DNA of 37,626 bases, taken from NCBI GenBank assembly GCA_964456395.1, contig CAYWAU010000002.1, positions 1 to 37,626 on the forward strand, written 5' to 3'. Positions 25,738 through 35,300 of this stretch are shown here, one piece after another (positions within the stretch are counted from its first letter, which is position 1; each line of letters begins with the position of its first letter). The position numbers were made by a program, and so were the translations under genes. Source of the stretch: an uncultured Dehalococcoidaceae bacterium. GTDB lineage: Bacteria > Chloroflexota > Dehalococcoidia > Dehalococcoidales > RBG-16-60-22. The notes beneath the pieces were generated by a model. The model did not search any database. It saw nothing but the letters and a program-made list of their open reading frames with translations, and was not told the origin of the DNA.

Positions 25738-26155
25738 TCACGTTCTCCTGGGTGGGTGCCTTCTGCTTCTTTTTTGCCAGCAGGCTTTCTACGTGGTTTA
25801 CTATATCGGCAGGTGCGGCGGGTTTTGACAGGTAGTCGTCGGCACCCACTTTCAGTCCGGTATCCTTGTCTATTTCCTGGGCTTTCGCTGAGAACATTAG
25901 AATAGGCAGTTGGGCAGTATCGGGTTCGGACCGCAGGCGGTGGCATATCTCAAAGCCGTCCATGCCCGGTAACATGACATCCAGAATGATAAGGTCAGGT
26001 GCTTCATTGTGCGCTTTCCGTATCCCTTCCAGTCCATTGGATGCTGTAAGCACCTGGTAACCCTCATACCTGAGGGAATAGTCAACTAATCTCAATGTAG
26101 CCGGGTCATCTTCAATAACCAGTATTTTCTTATCCACGGTCATCTCCTTTTCCAT
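25730..26155 (-). CDS. Stand-alone REC (CheY-like) response regulator, translationally coupled to pilB
   Basis: ILVIEDD...DLIILDVMLPGMDG...ILMFSAK...GADDYLSKP, with no output domain. Its stop overlaps the pilB ATG (ATGGATAG, 25730-25737). The start is uncertain (ATG 26155, ATG 26143 or GTG 26137) and overlaps the upstream kinase stop. Confidence 0.85.
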   Translation of the reverse strand: MEKEMTVDKKILVIEDDPATLRLVDYSLRYEGYQVLTASNGLEGIRKAHNEAPDLIILDVMLPGMDGFEICHRLRSEPDTAQLPILMFSAKAQEIDKDTGLKVGADDYLSKPAAPADIVNHVESLLAKKKQKAPTQENVNG

Positions 26156-27953
26156 TTAGAGGCAGGGTGAAACTAAAGGTGCTGCCTTCACCGGCTCGGC
26201 TCACCGCCCAGATATGTCCACCATGTGCCTCAATAATCTGCTTTGAGATATAAAGCCCCAGTCCCGTCCCCCCCCTGGCCAGCTTATCCTCAGCCCGGTA
26301 GAACCTCTCAAAGAGGTGCGGCATGGCTTCTTCAGGAATGCCGATACCCCGGTCGGTTACCTGGAATGAAAGCTCCCCGTTCCGACTCTCTGTCTTAGCC
26401 GTGACACTGCCGCCGGGGTCGCTGTACTTGATAGCGTTGCTGAGCAGGTTGATGACCACTTGCGCCAGTCGGTCGCCATCTGCCTCTATCTCAGGTAGTT
26501 TCGCCGGTATATCTTCGTTGAGTTCAATATTCTTGTCGTGGGCCAGGCTGTGGAAGCTCTTTATGGCGTCAACAATGGTATCCCTTATCGGCAGGAGCCG
26601 CTTATTGATTTGAAATCGGCCGGCTTCAAGTCGTGATAAATCCAGCAGACTGTTAATGAGGTTGCCGAGGTGCTGGCTTTCTCTATCAATAATCTGCAGG
26701 AATTCCTGCTGGGTCTCGGCGTCAGGCACTTTACCCTGGAGAATCAATTTGGTAAAGCCTGCAATTGACTGGAGTGGCGTGCGCAGCTCATGTGAGACGT
26801 TGGAGAGGAATTCGGATTTCATCTGGTCGATTTTACGCAGCTTCTCCTCCCCCCGCTTTCGCTCGGTGATGTCAATTGTCACGGAGATTATACATGGTTC
26901 ACCGCCAATATTGATTGGCTCGGCTGAGAAAAGCCATACGCGTATCTCGCCTGACTTCATACGGATGTCGAATTCTTCATTGTTGACCCTGCCCTGTTCC
27001 TTCAGTATCTGTGTCATTCTGGTGCGGTCCTCTGCCTTTGCCCAGAGACCAAGTTCAGTTGAACTGTGGCCAATCACCTCTTCATGGGTGTAGCCGGTAA
27101 TACGGGTGAAACTGTCATTAACTTCAATAAATCTGCCGTCTTTAAGCGTGGTGATGGCGACTGCATCAGGACTGGAGCGAAAGGCTTTGGAGAACTTTTC
27201 CTCTGACTCTTGCAATGCCTCCACAGCCCGCTTTAACTCGGTGATGTCGCGCAGTGATGCCAGGTAGGCGGGTTCGCCTTCCCAGTCTATATCCACCACA
27301 CGCATCTCAGCTACGTTTTTCTCTACACCTTGGCGGGTGATTTCAATCTCTGATGTCTTACCGCCCTTCAGGGGAAAATCAAACGGTTTGTTCAGGAGCT
27401 CTTTCTTCTTGCGCCCGAGGAGATATTCTGCGGCCGGGTTGGCGAAGAGGATGTGCCTGTTCTTGCTGATAACGATGATGGCATCGGCGTTCTTATCTAG
27501 AATTTTGCAGAGATTGGCTTGGACTTTCCATATCTCCTGTGCATACTGCTCCAGTTCCCTCTGCAGTTGAGACCGTTCAATGGCGTAGAAAAGGGCGCGT
27601 TCTACCTGGTGGTCCTCCATTTGTCCTTTCACCAGATAGTCTTGGGCACCCAGCTGAACCGCCTTTATAGCCAGCGCTTCATCATCAAAGCCGCTCAGTA
27701 TCACCACCGGTATGTGTGGTGCCTCACAGAGAATCTTACTGATGGTGTCGAGCCCATGGCTATCAGGCAGACCGAGGTCCGATAAAACCAGGTCAGCCCC
27801 ATCTCTGGCAAGGTATTCCAGCCCCTCTTTAAGCCTTGTTGCTGGTGTTACCGTGAACTGACTCTTACCGGACCTAGCCAGTTTCCTCCGTATCAACTCG
27901 GCGTCATCCGGGTTATCTTCAATAAGCAAGATTCTAATCGTTTTGTCTTCCAT
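26130..27953 (-). CDS. Hybrid sensor kinase: N-terminal REC, 2 PAS, HisKA, HATPase_c
   Basis: The REC domain reads IRILLIEDNPDD...DLVLSDLGLPDSHG...VVILSGF. The H-box is VSHELRTPL, and the N and G boxes are NLLSNAIKYS, DRGIGI and GTGLGLYI. I use the ATG at 27953; the ORF-track TTG at 27974 is an alternative. Confidence 0.9.
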   Translation of the reverse strand: MEDKTIRILLIEDNPDDAELIRRKLARSGKSQFTVTPATRLKEGLEYLARDGADLVLSDLGLPDSHGLDTISKILCEAPHIPVVILSGFDDEALAIKAVQLGAQDYLVKGQMEDHQVERALFYAIERSQLQRELEQYAQEIWKVQANLCKILDKNADAIIVISKNRHILFANPAAEYLLGRKKKELLNKPFDFPLKGGKTSEIEITRQGVEKNVAEMRVVDIDWEGEPAYLASLRDITELKRAVEALQESEEKFSKAFRSSPDAVAITTLKDGRFIEVNDSFTRITGYTHEEVIGHSSTELGLWAKAEDRTRMTQILKEQGRVNNEEFDIRMKSGEIRVWLFSAEPINIGGEPCIISVTIDITERKRGEEKLRKIDQMKSEFLSNVSHELRTPLQSIAGFTKLILQGKVPDAETQQEFLQIIDRESQHLGNLINSLLDLSRLEAGRFQINKRLLPIRDTIVDAIKSFHSLAHDKNIELNEDIPAKLPEIEADGDRLAQVVINLLSNAIKYSDPGGSVTAKTESRNGELSFQVTDRGIGIPEEAMPHLFERFYRAEDKLARGGTGLGLYISKQIIEAHGGHIWAVSRAGEGSTFSFTLPLNGKGDDRG

Positions 27954-28008
27954 TTTACGGCAGCTGGTTGTCAATTTTACTCGCGATTGGTATATGTATA
28001 ATATTCAC

Positions 28009-28455
28009 TTAAGGTTGATGTGGTGTTTCATTTATGAGCAGCCAGTAGAGTCCTATCTGGCGCACGGCTTCAACGAACTGGTTAAAGTCCACCGGTTTAC
28101 GGACGTAGCTATTCGCCCCCGACTTGTATCCGCTGACAAGGTCCTGTTCTTCTTTTGACGAGGTGAGAATGACCACCGGGATAAGCTCGGTGCGCTCATC
28201 GGCGCGCAGACGTTCCAGTACCTGCAGTCCGTCCACTTTGGGCAGTTTCAAATCAAGCAAAATAATCCTTGGCGTGTCATTAGCATTATGGTCAGCGTAG
28301 GCTCCGGTGCCGAAGAGGTAGTCCAGCGCTTCCGCACCGTCACGGGCTATCGCCACACCGTTGGCGATATTGTTTTTTCTGAATGCCCGCAGTGTCAGTT
28401 CAACATCGTCAGGGTTGTCTTCCACCAGCAGTATTGTGTCTCCTTTTGCCTTCAT
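28009..28455 (-). CDS. Stand-alone REC response regulator (Rcp1-like)
   Basis: ILLVEDNPDDVELTLRAF...IILLDLKLPKVDG...VVILTSS...GANSYVRKP. 148 aa. A GGAGG RBS is present. It lies 12 nt downstream of the membrane kinase. Confidence 0.87.
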   Translation of the reverse strand: MKAKGDTILLVEDNPDDVELTLRAFRKNNIANGVAIARDGAEALDYLFGTGAYADHNANDTPRIILLDLKLPKVDGLQVLERLRADERTELIPVVILTSSKEEQDLVSGYKSGANSYVRKPVDFNQFVEAVRQIGLYWLLINETPHQP

Positions 28456-28467
28456 TTCTGGCCTCCT

Positions 28468-31065
28468 TTAGCTAAGCGTAAAGTAGAAGGTGGCACCTTT
28501 CCCCGCAGTCCCTTCCGCCCAGACACTGCCACCGTGGCGGTGAATGATGCGTTGTACCGTAGCCAGACCAATGCCGGTGCCGGGGAACTCGGTGGTGTCG
28601 TGCAGGCGCTGGAAGGCGCCAAACAGCTTGTTGGCATAGGTCATGTCAAAGCCGGCACCGTTGTCCCGTATAAAGTAAGCTTTCTTGCCGCCGTTCCGGG
28701 TAGCACCGAACTCTATTCTTGCCTGCTGGCGCTTGCCGGTAAATTTCCAGGCATTGTCGAGCAGGTTCTCCAGTAAAACTCGCAACAGCTGGTGGTCTCC
28801 GCTGGTGGTTAGACCTTTGGCGATGACAAACTCAGCCTGGCGTTCCGGCTGTGTCTGCTGAAGCCTGGCGGCAATCTCCTTGGCCAGTGCACTCAGGTCT
28901 AACTTTTCTTTACGCATTTCGCTTCTGGTCAGGCGGGACAGCTTCAGCAAACCATCAATGAGTTCCCCCATTTTTTGACTGGCAGCGCGCAGGCGGGTCA
29001 GGTAGTCATTACCCTGCTCATCAAGCTTATCCGGGTAGTCTTCCAGCAGTGCCTGACTGAAACCGTCAATGGTCCTGAGGGGTGCTCGCAGGTCATGCGA
29101 GACGGAGTAGCTAAAGGCTTCTAGCTCTTTGTTGGTGGCCGCCAGTTGGGTGCTGGAGTGTTCCAGATTAGACAGCGCCTTTTTTATTATTTCTTCATGC
29201 TGCTTGCGCTCGGTAATGTCCCGGCACACGCAGAAAATCAGCTTTTCTCCCGCGAATACAGCCGCATTGGTGCTTATTTCAACGTCATAGATGGTACCAT
29301 CTTTGCGTCGGTGTTGCGTCTCGAAGTGGTCGCCGGTCTCATCAACACTCCGGAGCATATCCTGCACTTGCTCACGTGTAAATTGAAACTCCCAATCCCA
29401 CACCTGGAGCTGATAGGCTTCTTCCAGGGAGTATCCGAGCATCTCGGCAAATCGCTGGTTAGACTCATATACGTTGCCATTCTGATCAAGGACAACAATC
29501 CCGTCTCTGGACTGCTCGACTAGGATGCGCCGCCGGATTGCTTCGTTAGCCAGAGCTTCCTCCGCCTGCTTGCGCTCGGTGATATCATTAATGACGCTAA
29601 GTATACACGGTTTATCACCAATGCTAATTATCTCGGCTGAGAACTGTACTATCTGTATCTCACCTGATTTGTTACGGAGATGGACTTCTTCATTCTGAAC
29701 TCTGCCGTGTTCCCTCAGTGTCTGAAATACTCTGTCGCGCTCCTCTGCCTTTACCCACATATTGAGATCAGCAGCACAGCGTCCGATGAGTTCTTCACGG
29801 GTATAGCCGGAAATACGGTGACTGCTTTCATTACATTCAATTATCGTGTCATCTTCAAGCGTATTGATGCTGATGGACAAGGGGCTGGAACGGAAGGCTT
29901 TGGAGAACTTTTCCTCCGACTCCCGCAAAGCCTGCTCTGCCCTCTTGCGCTCGATAGCGATGGCAGCAATACGAGCTGACCACTCCAGCACCCTGAGGTT
30001 GTCGGCATCCGGCTCACCCACCTTGTTGCTATAGTTGGCTATGGTGCCGAGCAGGTCTCCATTGGATGAGATTATGGGTTGTGACCAGCAGGAGAGCAGG
30101 CCGTTGTTGGTTGTCCGCTTGACAACTTCCTCCAATGGTTTAAAGAGAGGGCTGTTCTCAATGTCCGTGACGATTACCCGCTCCTTCAGATAAGCCGCAG
30201 TCCCACAGGAACCCGCACTCGGTCCAATAGGTATCCCGTCTTCAAATAGCTCATTGTAATCATCGGGTAAACTTGGGGCGGATGCTAGAGCCAGCCGTTC
30301 TCTTGAGGAATCAAAGAGCAGCACAGAGCCTTTGATAGAAGGGTCATGATATTCGCCCAAATGGACAATGGCGTCCAGCAGTTCGCTTAATTCCGCCCCC
30401 TGCCCTAAAAGGGTAAGCACGTAATTCTCATCATTTTGTAGCTGCTCCCCTTTTTGGCGCTCGGTGAGCTGGTGCTCAATTTCGGACTGGTCATATTGGC
30501 GGACTGCAGTAATCGCTATTACCAAAAAGAATATCATGAAGATAAAAGACAGTGGTTGCATTAGGCTTGCTGATGATATATCAAGTAATGGTACGAGAAG
30601 TACGATGGCAAGCAAGTAACTGACGGCGACAATTATGGCATGACGCAGAGATAGCATCAAGCTGGAGATAAGCAATGGCAGAGTCAGCCATAATATGTTA
30701 TTCTGAATATTCGCTTCGTTAGAACTGGAGAGAATCATGATAAGAATTAAGATGCCTGGGATGCTGACCACGGATGCCGTTGCCTGTCTGTAGTATCCGG
30801 TACGGTTGAGACTGTAGCCGATAGCATGGACAGCAGCAATAGCCAGCAGAATAAACCATGAGCTGTCGCCGGCATTCTTTGATACCACTGCCCCCATCAG
30901 GGCACTGATAGTAACAAGTAGCATAAAAGCTGATAGCCATGCCGCACGTCGGCGTTGCTTTTCCTCCATACTGGCTGATGGTTCAATTATCCAGCGTAAG
31001 GCAGTGTAGATATGCCGGAAGACGTTGTCTTTTATACACTGCCTGCGCAGTAACCCGGTTGCCAT
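28468..31065 (-). CDS. Membrane sensor histidine kinase (about 6 TM, GAF, 2 PAS, HisKA, HATPase_c)
   Basis: Six hydrophobic helices fall in residues about 40-190. A GAF-like region covers about 215-370. Two PAS modules each end in DITERK. The H-box is VSHDLRAPL, with G-boxes DNGAGF and GTGIGLA. A GGAGG RBS lies 5 nt before the ATG at 31065. Confidence 0.9.
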   Translation of the reverse strand: MATGLLRRQCIKDNVFRHIYTALRWIIEPSASMEEKQRRRAAWLSAFMLLVTISALMGAVVSKNAGDSSWFILLAIAAVHAIGYSLNRTGYYRQATASVVSIPGILILIMILSSSNEANIQNNILWLTLPLLISSLMLSLRHAIIVAVSYLLAIVLLVPLLDISSASLMQPLSFIFMIFFLVIAITAVRQYDQSEIEHQLTERQKGEQLQNDENYVLTLLGQGAELSELLDAIVHLGEYHDPSIKGSVLLFDSSRERLALASAPSLPDDYNELFEDGIPIGPSAGSCGTAAYLKERVIVTDIENSPLFKPLEEVVKRTTNNGLLSCWSQPIISSNGDLLGTIANYSNKVGEPDADNLRVLEWSARIAAIAIERKRAEQALRESEEKFSKAFRSSPLSISINTLEDDTIIECNESSHRISGYTREELIGRCAADLNMWVKAEERDRVFQTLREHGRVQNEEVHLRNKSGEIQIVQFSAEIISIGDKPCILSVINDITERKQAEEALANEAIRRRILVEQSRDGIVVLDQNGNVYESNQRFAEMLGYSLEEAYQLQVWDWEFQFTREQVQDMLRSVDETGDHFETQHRRKDGTIYDVEISTNAAVFAGEKLIFCVCRDITERKQHEEIIKKALSNLEHSSTQLAATNKELEAFSYSVSHDLRAPLRTIDGFSQALLEDYPDKLDEQGNDYLTRLRAASQKMGELIDGLLKLSRLTRSEMRKEKLDLSALAKEIAARLQQTQPERQAEFVIAKGLTTSGDHQLLRVLLENLLDNAWKFTGKRQQARIEFGATRNGGKKAYFIRDNGAGFDMTYANKLFGAFQRLHDTTEFPGTGIGLATVQRIIHRHGGSVWAEGTAGKGATFYFTLS

Positions 31066-31161
31066 AATTTCCTCCTGATACTAATAAAAGAAGAGACGGG
31101 GGTTATCTTTATAGGCTTAACTTCCATTTACTTACTGCTTGCCGCATTAAGCGGTGAGCTA

Positions 31162-31524
31162 CTAATAACCATCATCTGCCTGCGTAACCAGTCCGGTAGT
31201 ACTGCAGGAATAGGTTCCTTTGGTTGTCGCCGTCCGCAGGTAGTTGGGGTACAGGGCATTACCGGTAGGGAAAGCCGACATGTTACTGGTTGCCGAGGTA
31301 TCCGTAACCGAAGTCAGGCTGTTCTTGGCCATCATGGTATCCATGGCGGTCTGGACAGTAACCAGTTCGGCCTTGGCGGCTTCTGTCTGGCCTTCGCCAG
31401 CGAGTCCGGTTACATTGGGCAGGACGACCGCCGCCAGTATCCCCAGAATGGCGACAACGATAAGCAGTTCTACCAGGGTGAAGCCTTTGCCATCACGATT
31501 AATTCTTTTTAGTAACTTTGGCAT
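31162..31524 (-). CDS. pilA: Type IV major pilin (prepilin)
   Basis: MPKLLKRINRDGKG|FTLVELLIVVAILGILAAVVLP is a canonical class III signal peptide with Phe1/Glu5. The mature protein is about 106 aa. The start is set at the ATG at 31524, preceded by GGAGG; the ORF-track start at 31566 adds 14 unlikely residues. Confidence 0.87.
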   Translation of the reverse strand: MPKLLKRINRDGKGFTLVELLIVVAILGILAAVVLPNVTGLAGEGQTEAAKAELVTVQTAMDTMMAKNSLTSVTDTSATSNMSAFPTGNALYPNYLRTATTKGTYSCSTTGLVTQADDGY

Positions 31525-31638
31525 AATACTGCCTCCTGCATCATTTTTTAGGTTTAACCTTCTCATTGTTCCCCTCCTAGGAGATTGCTAACCTGAATAT
31601 TTAAGTGGATTCATTCTATAAAATCTGTTTACCATACT

Positions 31639-31902
31639 TTATGGTTTTCTGCCTGGTTGCATAGCGCTACGGTTTTTGTTGTATATTTCAGGACGTAAGT
31701 ATGGTACTGGCATATTGTATTTTGTTAGGAATTCGGAGAAATCGTTTTGCTCTATCCGGTAATGACCACTGGGGAGCCTGAACGCTGGCAACTGTCCGGT
31801 GGTAATCCAGCGCAGTACTGTCGTGTTGCTGACCCCGCAACGCTTGGCAATAAAACCTACAGAAATATATTCCGGTTCCCACTGCTCAGATGTATTCTGC
31901 AA
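31639..31902 (-). CDS. Small helix-turn-helix DNA-binding protein (excisionase/MerR-like HTH family)
   Basis: ISVGFIAKRCGVSNTTVLRWITTGQLPAFRLPSGHYRIEQNDFSEFL matches the excisionase-family HTH pattern (....a..lgvs..tv.rwi..G.lpa.r.g...ri...d...fl). A TTG start follows GGGAGG with a 5-nt spacer. Confidence 0.72.
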   Translation of the reverse strand: MQNTSEQWEPEYISVGFIAKRCGVSNTTVLRWITTGQLPAFRLPSGHYRIEQNDFSEFLTKYNMPVPYLRPEIYNKNRSAMQPGRKP

Positions 31903-32254
31903 AATAACCTCCCGGCAACATTATGGCTGCTATCTCAATGCAATTGGCTTTGTCCTTCCGTTAAGCTGCATTTAGGCTGATAGCAGGCTCCTGATTTTGA
32001 GTTTAGCCAAAGTCATTACTTGATACTTCGCTGGGAAACTGTTGCTGTTAGCGCATTTAATGCTAGCAGTGATTGGTACGTTTGAAGTATATGAGAGTAG
32101 AGTCACAATAATATCACAGATTGTTGGCAGAAGATTACAGAAATATCACAAGTAATGTTCAGTTTCATATACTTTTACGGAAATGAACAGGAATAATACC
32201 AGGGATATTAGCTGCTCGGAGAGGGTCAATGAGGCTAGCTCCCGGTCCCGCCCA

Positions 32255-32295
32255 AACTGACTTCCCCTCCCCCGGAAGGGAAAGGGAAGTCAGTT
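32255..32295 (-). terminator. Stem-loop downstream of the giant surface-protein gene
   Basis: A perfect 12-bp inverted repeat, AACTGACTTCCC (32255-32266) / GGGAAGTCAGTT (32284-32295), lies 20 nt after the stop codon at 32315. No classical U-tract follows. Confidence 0.45.
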
Positions 32296-32314
32296 AGCAC
32301 ATGGGTAATTTCTC

Positions 32315-35300
32315 TTACGAGGCTTTTCTGCCGGCAACCGTTCGCCAGATGACTATGCCAATGACAATACCGACAGCGACTATAACGATGATGAGCCACA
32401 GGCTAATCTGTAAAGGCGCTTTAGCCGGTGGTGCTGAGGGGGTGGGGTGTAATGCAGATGGCGCTGGTGCCCCGGGTACTGTCGGTTGTTCCTCAGATGG
32501 TGCCTCAGAGGGTGTCTGTTGTACCTCGGTTGGCGCCAATGTCACCCCGGGTTGTGTGGGCTGTGCCTCTGATGGTATTGCCGGCGCCTCGGAAGGCGTG
32601 GGCTCCTCTGCTTCTTCTGGCTTGGCTGCTGCCTCCCTGACGATTAAGGTGGCGGAGAGACCGTTAACATCTACCGCATAGTTACCGGCATTGTGCGGCT
32701 TTAGGGTAAAGGTTACCTGTTGACTGGCCTGTCCCGCCAGATTTACTTCCTCAATGGCGGTCACTTCCCCGTTTATCATAAGGGTCACCTCGTGACTGCC
32801 AGCAAGGTCGCCGGTATTGGCGATAGTGGCACTGATAGTAACGCTTTCATCGGGGTAGACCACCGCCGGAGATATGTCAAAGGCGCTGATTTCAAAGGTG
32901 GCTGAAGCGTTGTGGGCCATAACAGTAAAGACGGTAAAGTGGCTTATTGGTGCGGTAATAGTGTTGCCGGTCGGGTCAACCGTGGTGTCCTCAAGCTCAA
33001 CCCAGTTTCCGGCTTGCCACGTAGCGATGACCAGATTCTCCTCAGCAACCCCAACGGGTAACAGGGATTCGTCGTAAGTGAATGACAGGCTTATCGGCGG
33101 GTCAAAGGTAGCGCCGTCGGGGTAGAGGTCGTAGACTAGACCGATAATGCTGACATCTGTGGGTGGGGCTGAGGGTGCCGACTTCGGTTTTATAGATATG
33201 TTATACAAGGGCTGGTCCATTCGGTTTTTGCCGATGGTATTTTTAGGTATGTCAAGCTCAACTATGCCATCTACGGACTCGGCGGTAACGTCGTCTATGA
33301 TTCTGCCGGTGGTGGTTATGGATTCGGATAAACTGGTAACCCCACCGCCGCCGCCGCCGCTACCACCGCCGCTGAATTCAGTGACTACGGTAGATGGCGG
33401 TGGTGCCGGTGTGGCGATTAATGTCCAGGAACTGAAGTGGTCTGGTGAGGCGTAGGCTATCTTGTTGGTAGTGTCTATGGTTGTGGTTACTTCCGTCCAG
33501 GTGCCGGTACTGGGGTTGAGGTAGGCTACCTTGAGGTTCTCTTCGTCAAAACCGGCCGCCGTAAGATTGTCGCTGTCGAAGGGGAAGCCGAGGTCCCACT
33601 CTACGCCGTCTACCGGTGCGCTTGACTCAACATTGGTAACACGTCCCAGCATGTCCGAAGCCCCTTCCGGTAGTGAGCCGAGGGTATCCGGGGCTACATC
33701 AACCTTAGCCGGAGTAATGACGCTGGCTTCGGAACCATCGTTTATAATGCCGTTGATGGTGATTTTGTCACCCCATGGAGGTTCCATGTCCACCGGAGTG
33801 CTGGTAGTAATGGTCGTCGGGTCTAAGCGAGGAGATGCGTAGGGAGTAATCGTCGTGCCTGAAGGTGTGCAGATGACCATCACCTCGGCACTGCGCTCCA
33901 GAGTCCCACTCGTGCCCGTTATCTTGAATGTCCAGCTACCGGGTTGAGTTCCAGCCGCCACATTGAAAATGACCGCTTTCTTACCCAGCCCGGTGGTGGC
34001 TGAAGGCGTTACATCGCCTGTTGTGGCGCTAACTTCTGATGGCCAGGCTGCCGCCGGGTCGCTCATGGTGACGGCCAGGTTCACGGTACCGGTGAAGCCA
34101 TTAATAGCGGCTGCAGTGACCGTGGTATTGCCATTGGAGTTCGGGCTGATGGGTACCGTGTTCGGAGCCAGGCTGATTGAGAAATCAGGTGTATTTGTCG
34201 GCGGCACCACTTTGGCGGTGATTTTGCGCGTTTGGGTGATGGTGCCGCTTGTGGCTGTTATCACCAGCGGGTATCTGCCCACGGTGGCGCCCGCCGGGAC
34301 ATTGATGGTCAGCGTGGCTGTCGTGGGAGTGGCGATGCTCGGGGTTACCGTGGCCGACGGTGAGATGTTGGCGGTGGCATCGGCTATCGCACTGAGCCCG
34401 GAGACACTCAGGGTAACCGCTGACTGGAAGCTGCCCAGCGGTTCAATCTTGGTGGTAATCGTGCTGGAACCGTCTTTGGGGATATCCACTTTTTGCGGGC
34501 TCGCATAGAGTACGAAGGCGTTGACCGCCGATGGCTTGAGCCCGAAGGGCCTGTCTATGATAATGCCGCTGGTGGCTCCGGTGACGCTGACCGGGTGAAT
34601 ACCGGCTGTCACCGAAGGCGCTGTTATGGTAGCAGTGAAGGTGCCGTCCTGGGCTACGGTGATGGTTGCCGGTATGGTCGTGATGCTTGTACCGGCGAAG
34701 ATTGCGGTTACAGTCTCGCCGGCGGTGAAGCCCGAGCCGGAGAGTCTTATATCGGTATCGGCGGGACCGCTCATCGGCGAGATGACCAGGCTGGCTCCGG
34801 GGGAGTTTACCATCAGACCCAGCGGGACGGCTCGGAAGATAGTGCCGGTTTCCGCTTCAAGGGCGATGTCATAGGGTCCTATTGGTGTCCCTGAGTCAAC
34901 ATCTATCAAAGTTGTAATAGTTAGGTCTTCACCGGGTATGGGTGTCAGCGCCGTCGGGGTGATAACCTCCCTGATTCCTCCCGGCGTTCCCGAAAATTTG
35001 CCGATGGTGTTGCCATTAGTATCCTTGAAGGTGGCGGTAACGCCTGGTGCTAGGTGTCCCACACTGAAGCTTACTGCCTCCTTGAATCCATTCTTGGAGC
35101 TCAGGGTCAGGGTGATGGTGCCGCTCTCACTCTGGACTATCTCAAGGAACGGCGGGGAGACGTTGAGGAAGAAATCGGCATTTGTTGCCGGGACGATGCT
35201 GAAAGTATTCTTGGAGGCCATTGCCCCATCGGAGGCTTTAATTACATAGCTTCCCGGCGGCACCTGGCCGGCTTCGGGGATGGTAATCTCTGTAGCCCAG

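Noticed and set aside
31639-31902. Excisionase-family HTH as a marker of a prophage or integrative element
   Set aside because: The window contains no integrase, recombinase, att-like flanking repeats, tRNA target or phage genes. The gene is embedded in the pilA/surface-protein context and is more likely a local transcription factor.
33341-33373. GCC/ACC-rich tract encoding SGGGSGGGGGG as a phase-variation slip-strand switch
   Set aside because: It contains only about four perfect GCC units. Any slippage would be in multiples of 3 and would only change linker length, not frame. The tract is too short to argue for contingency behaviour.
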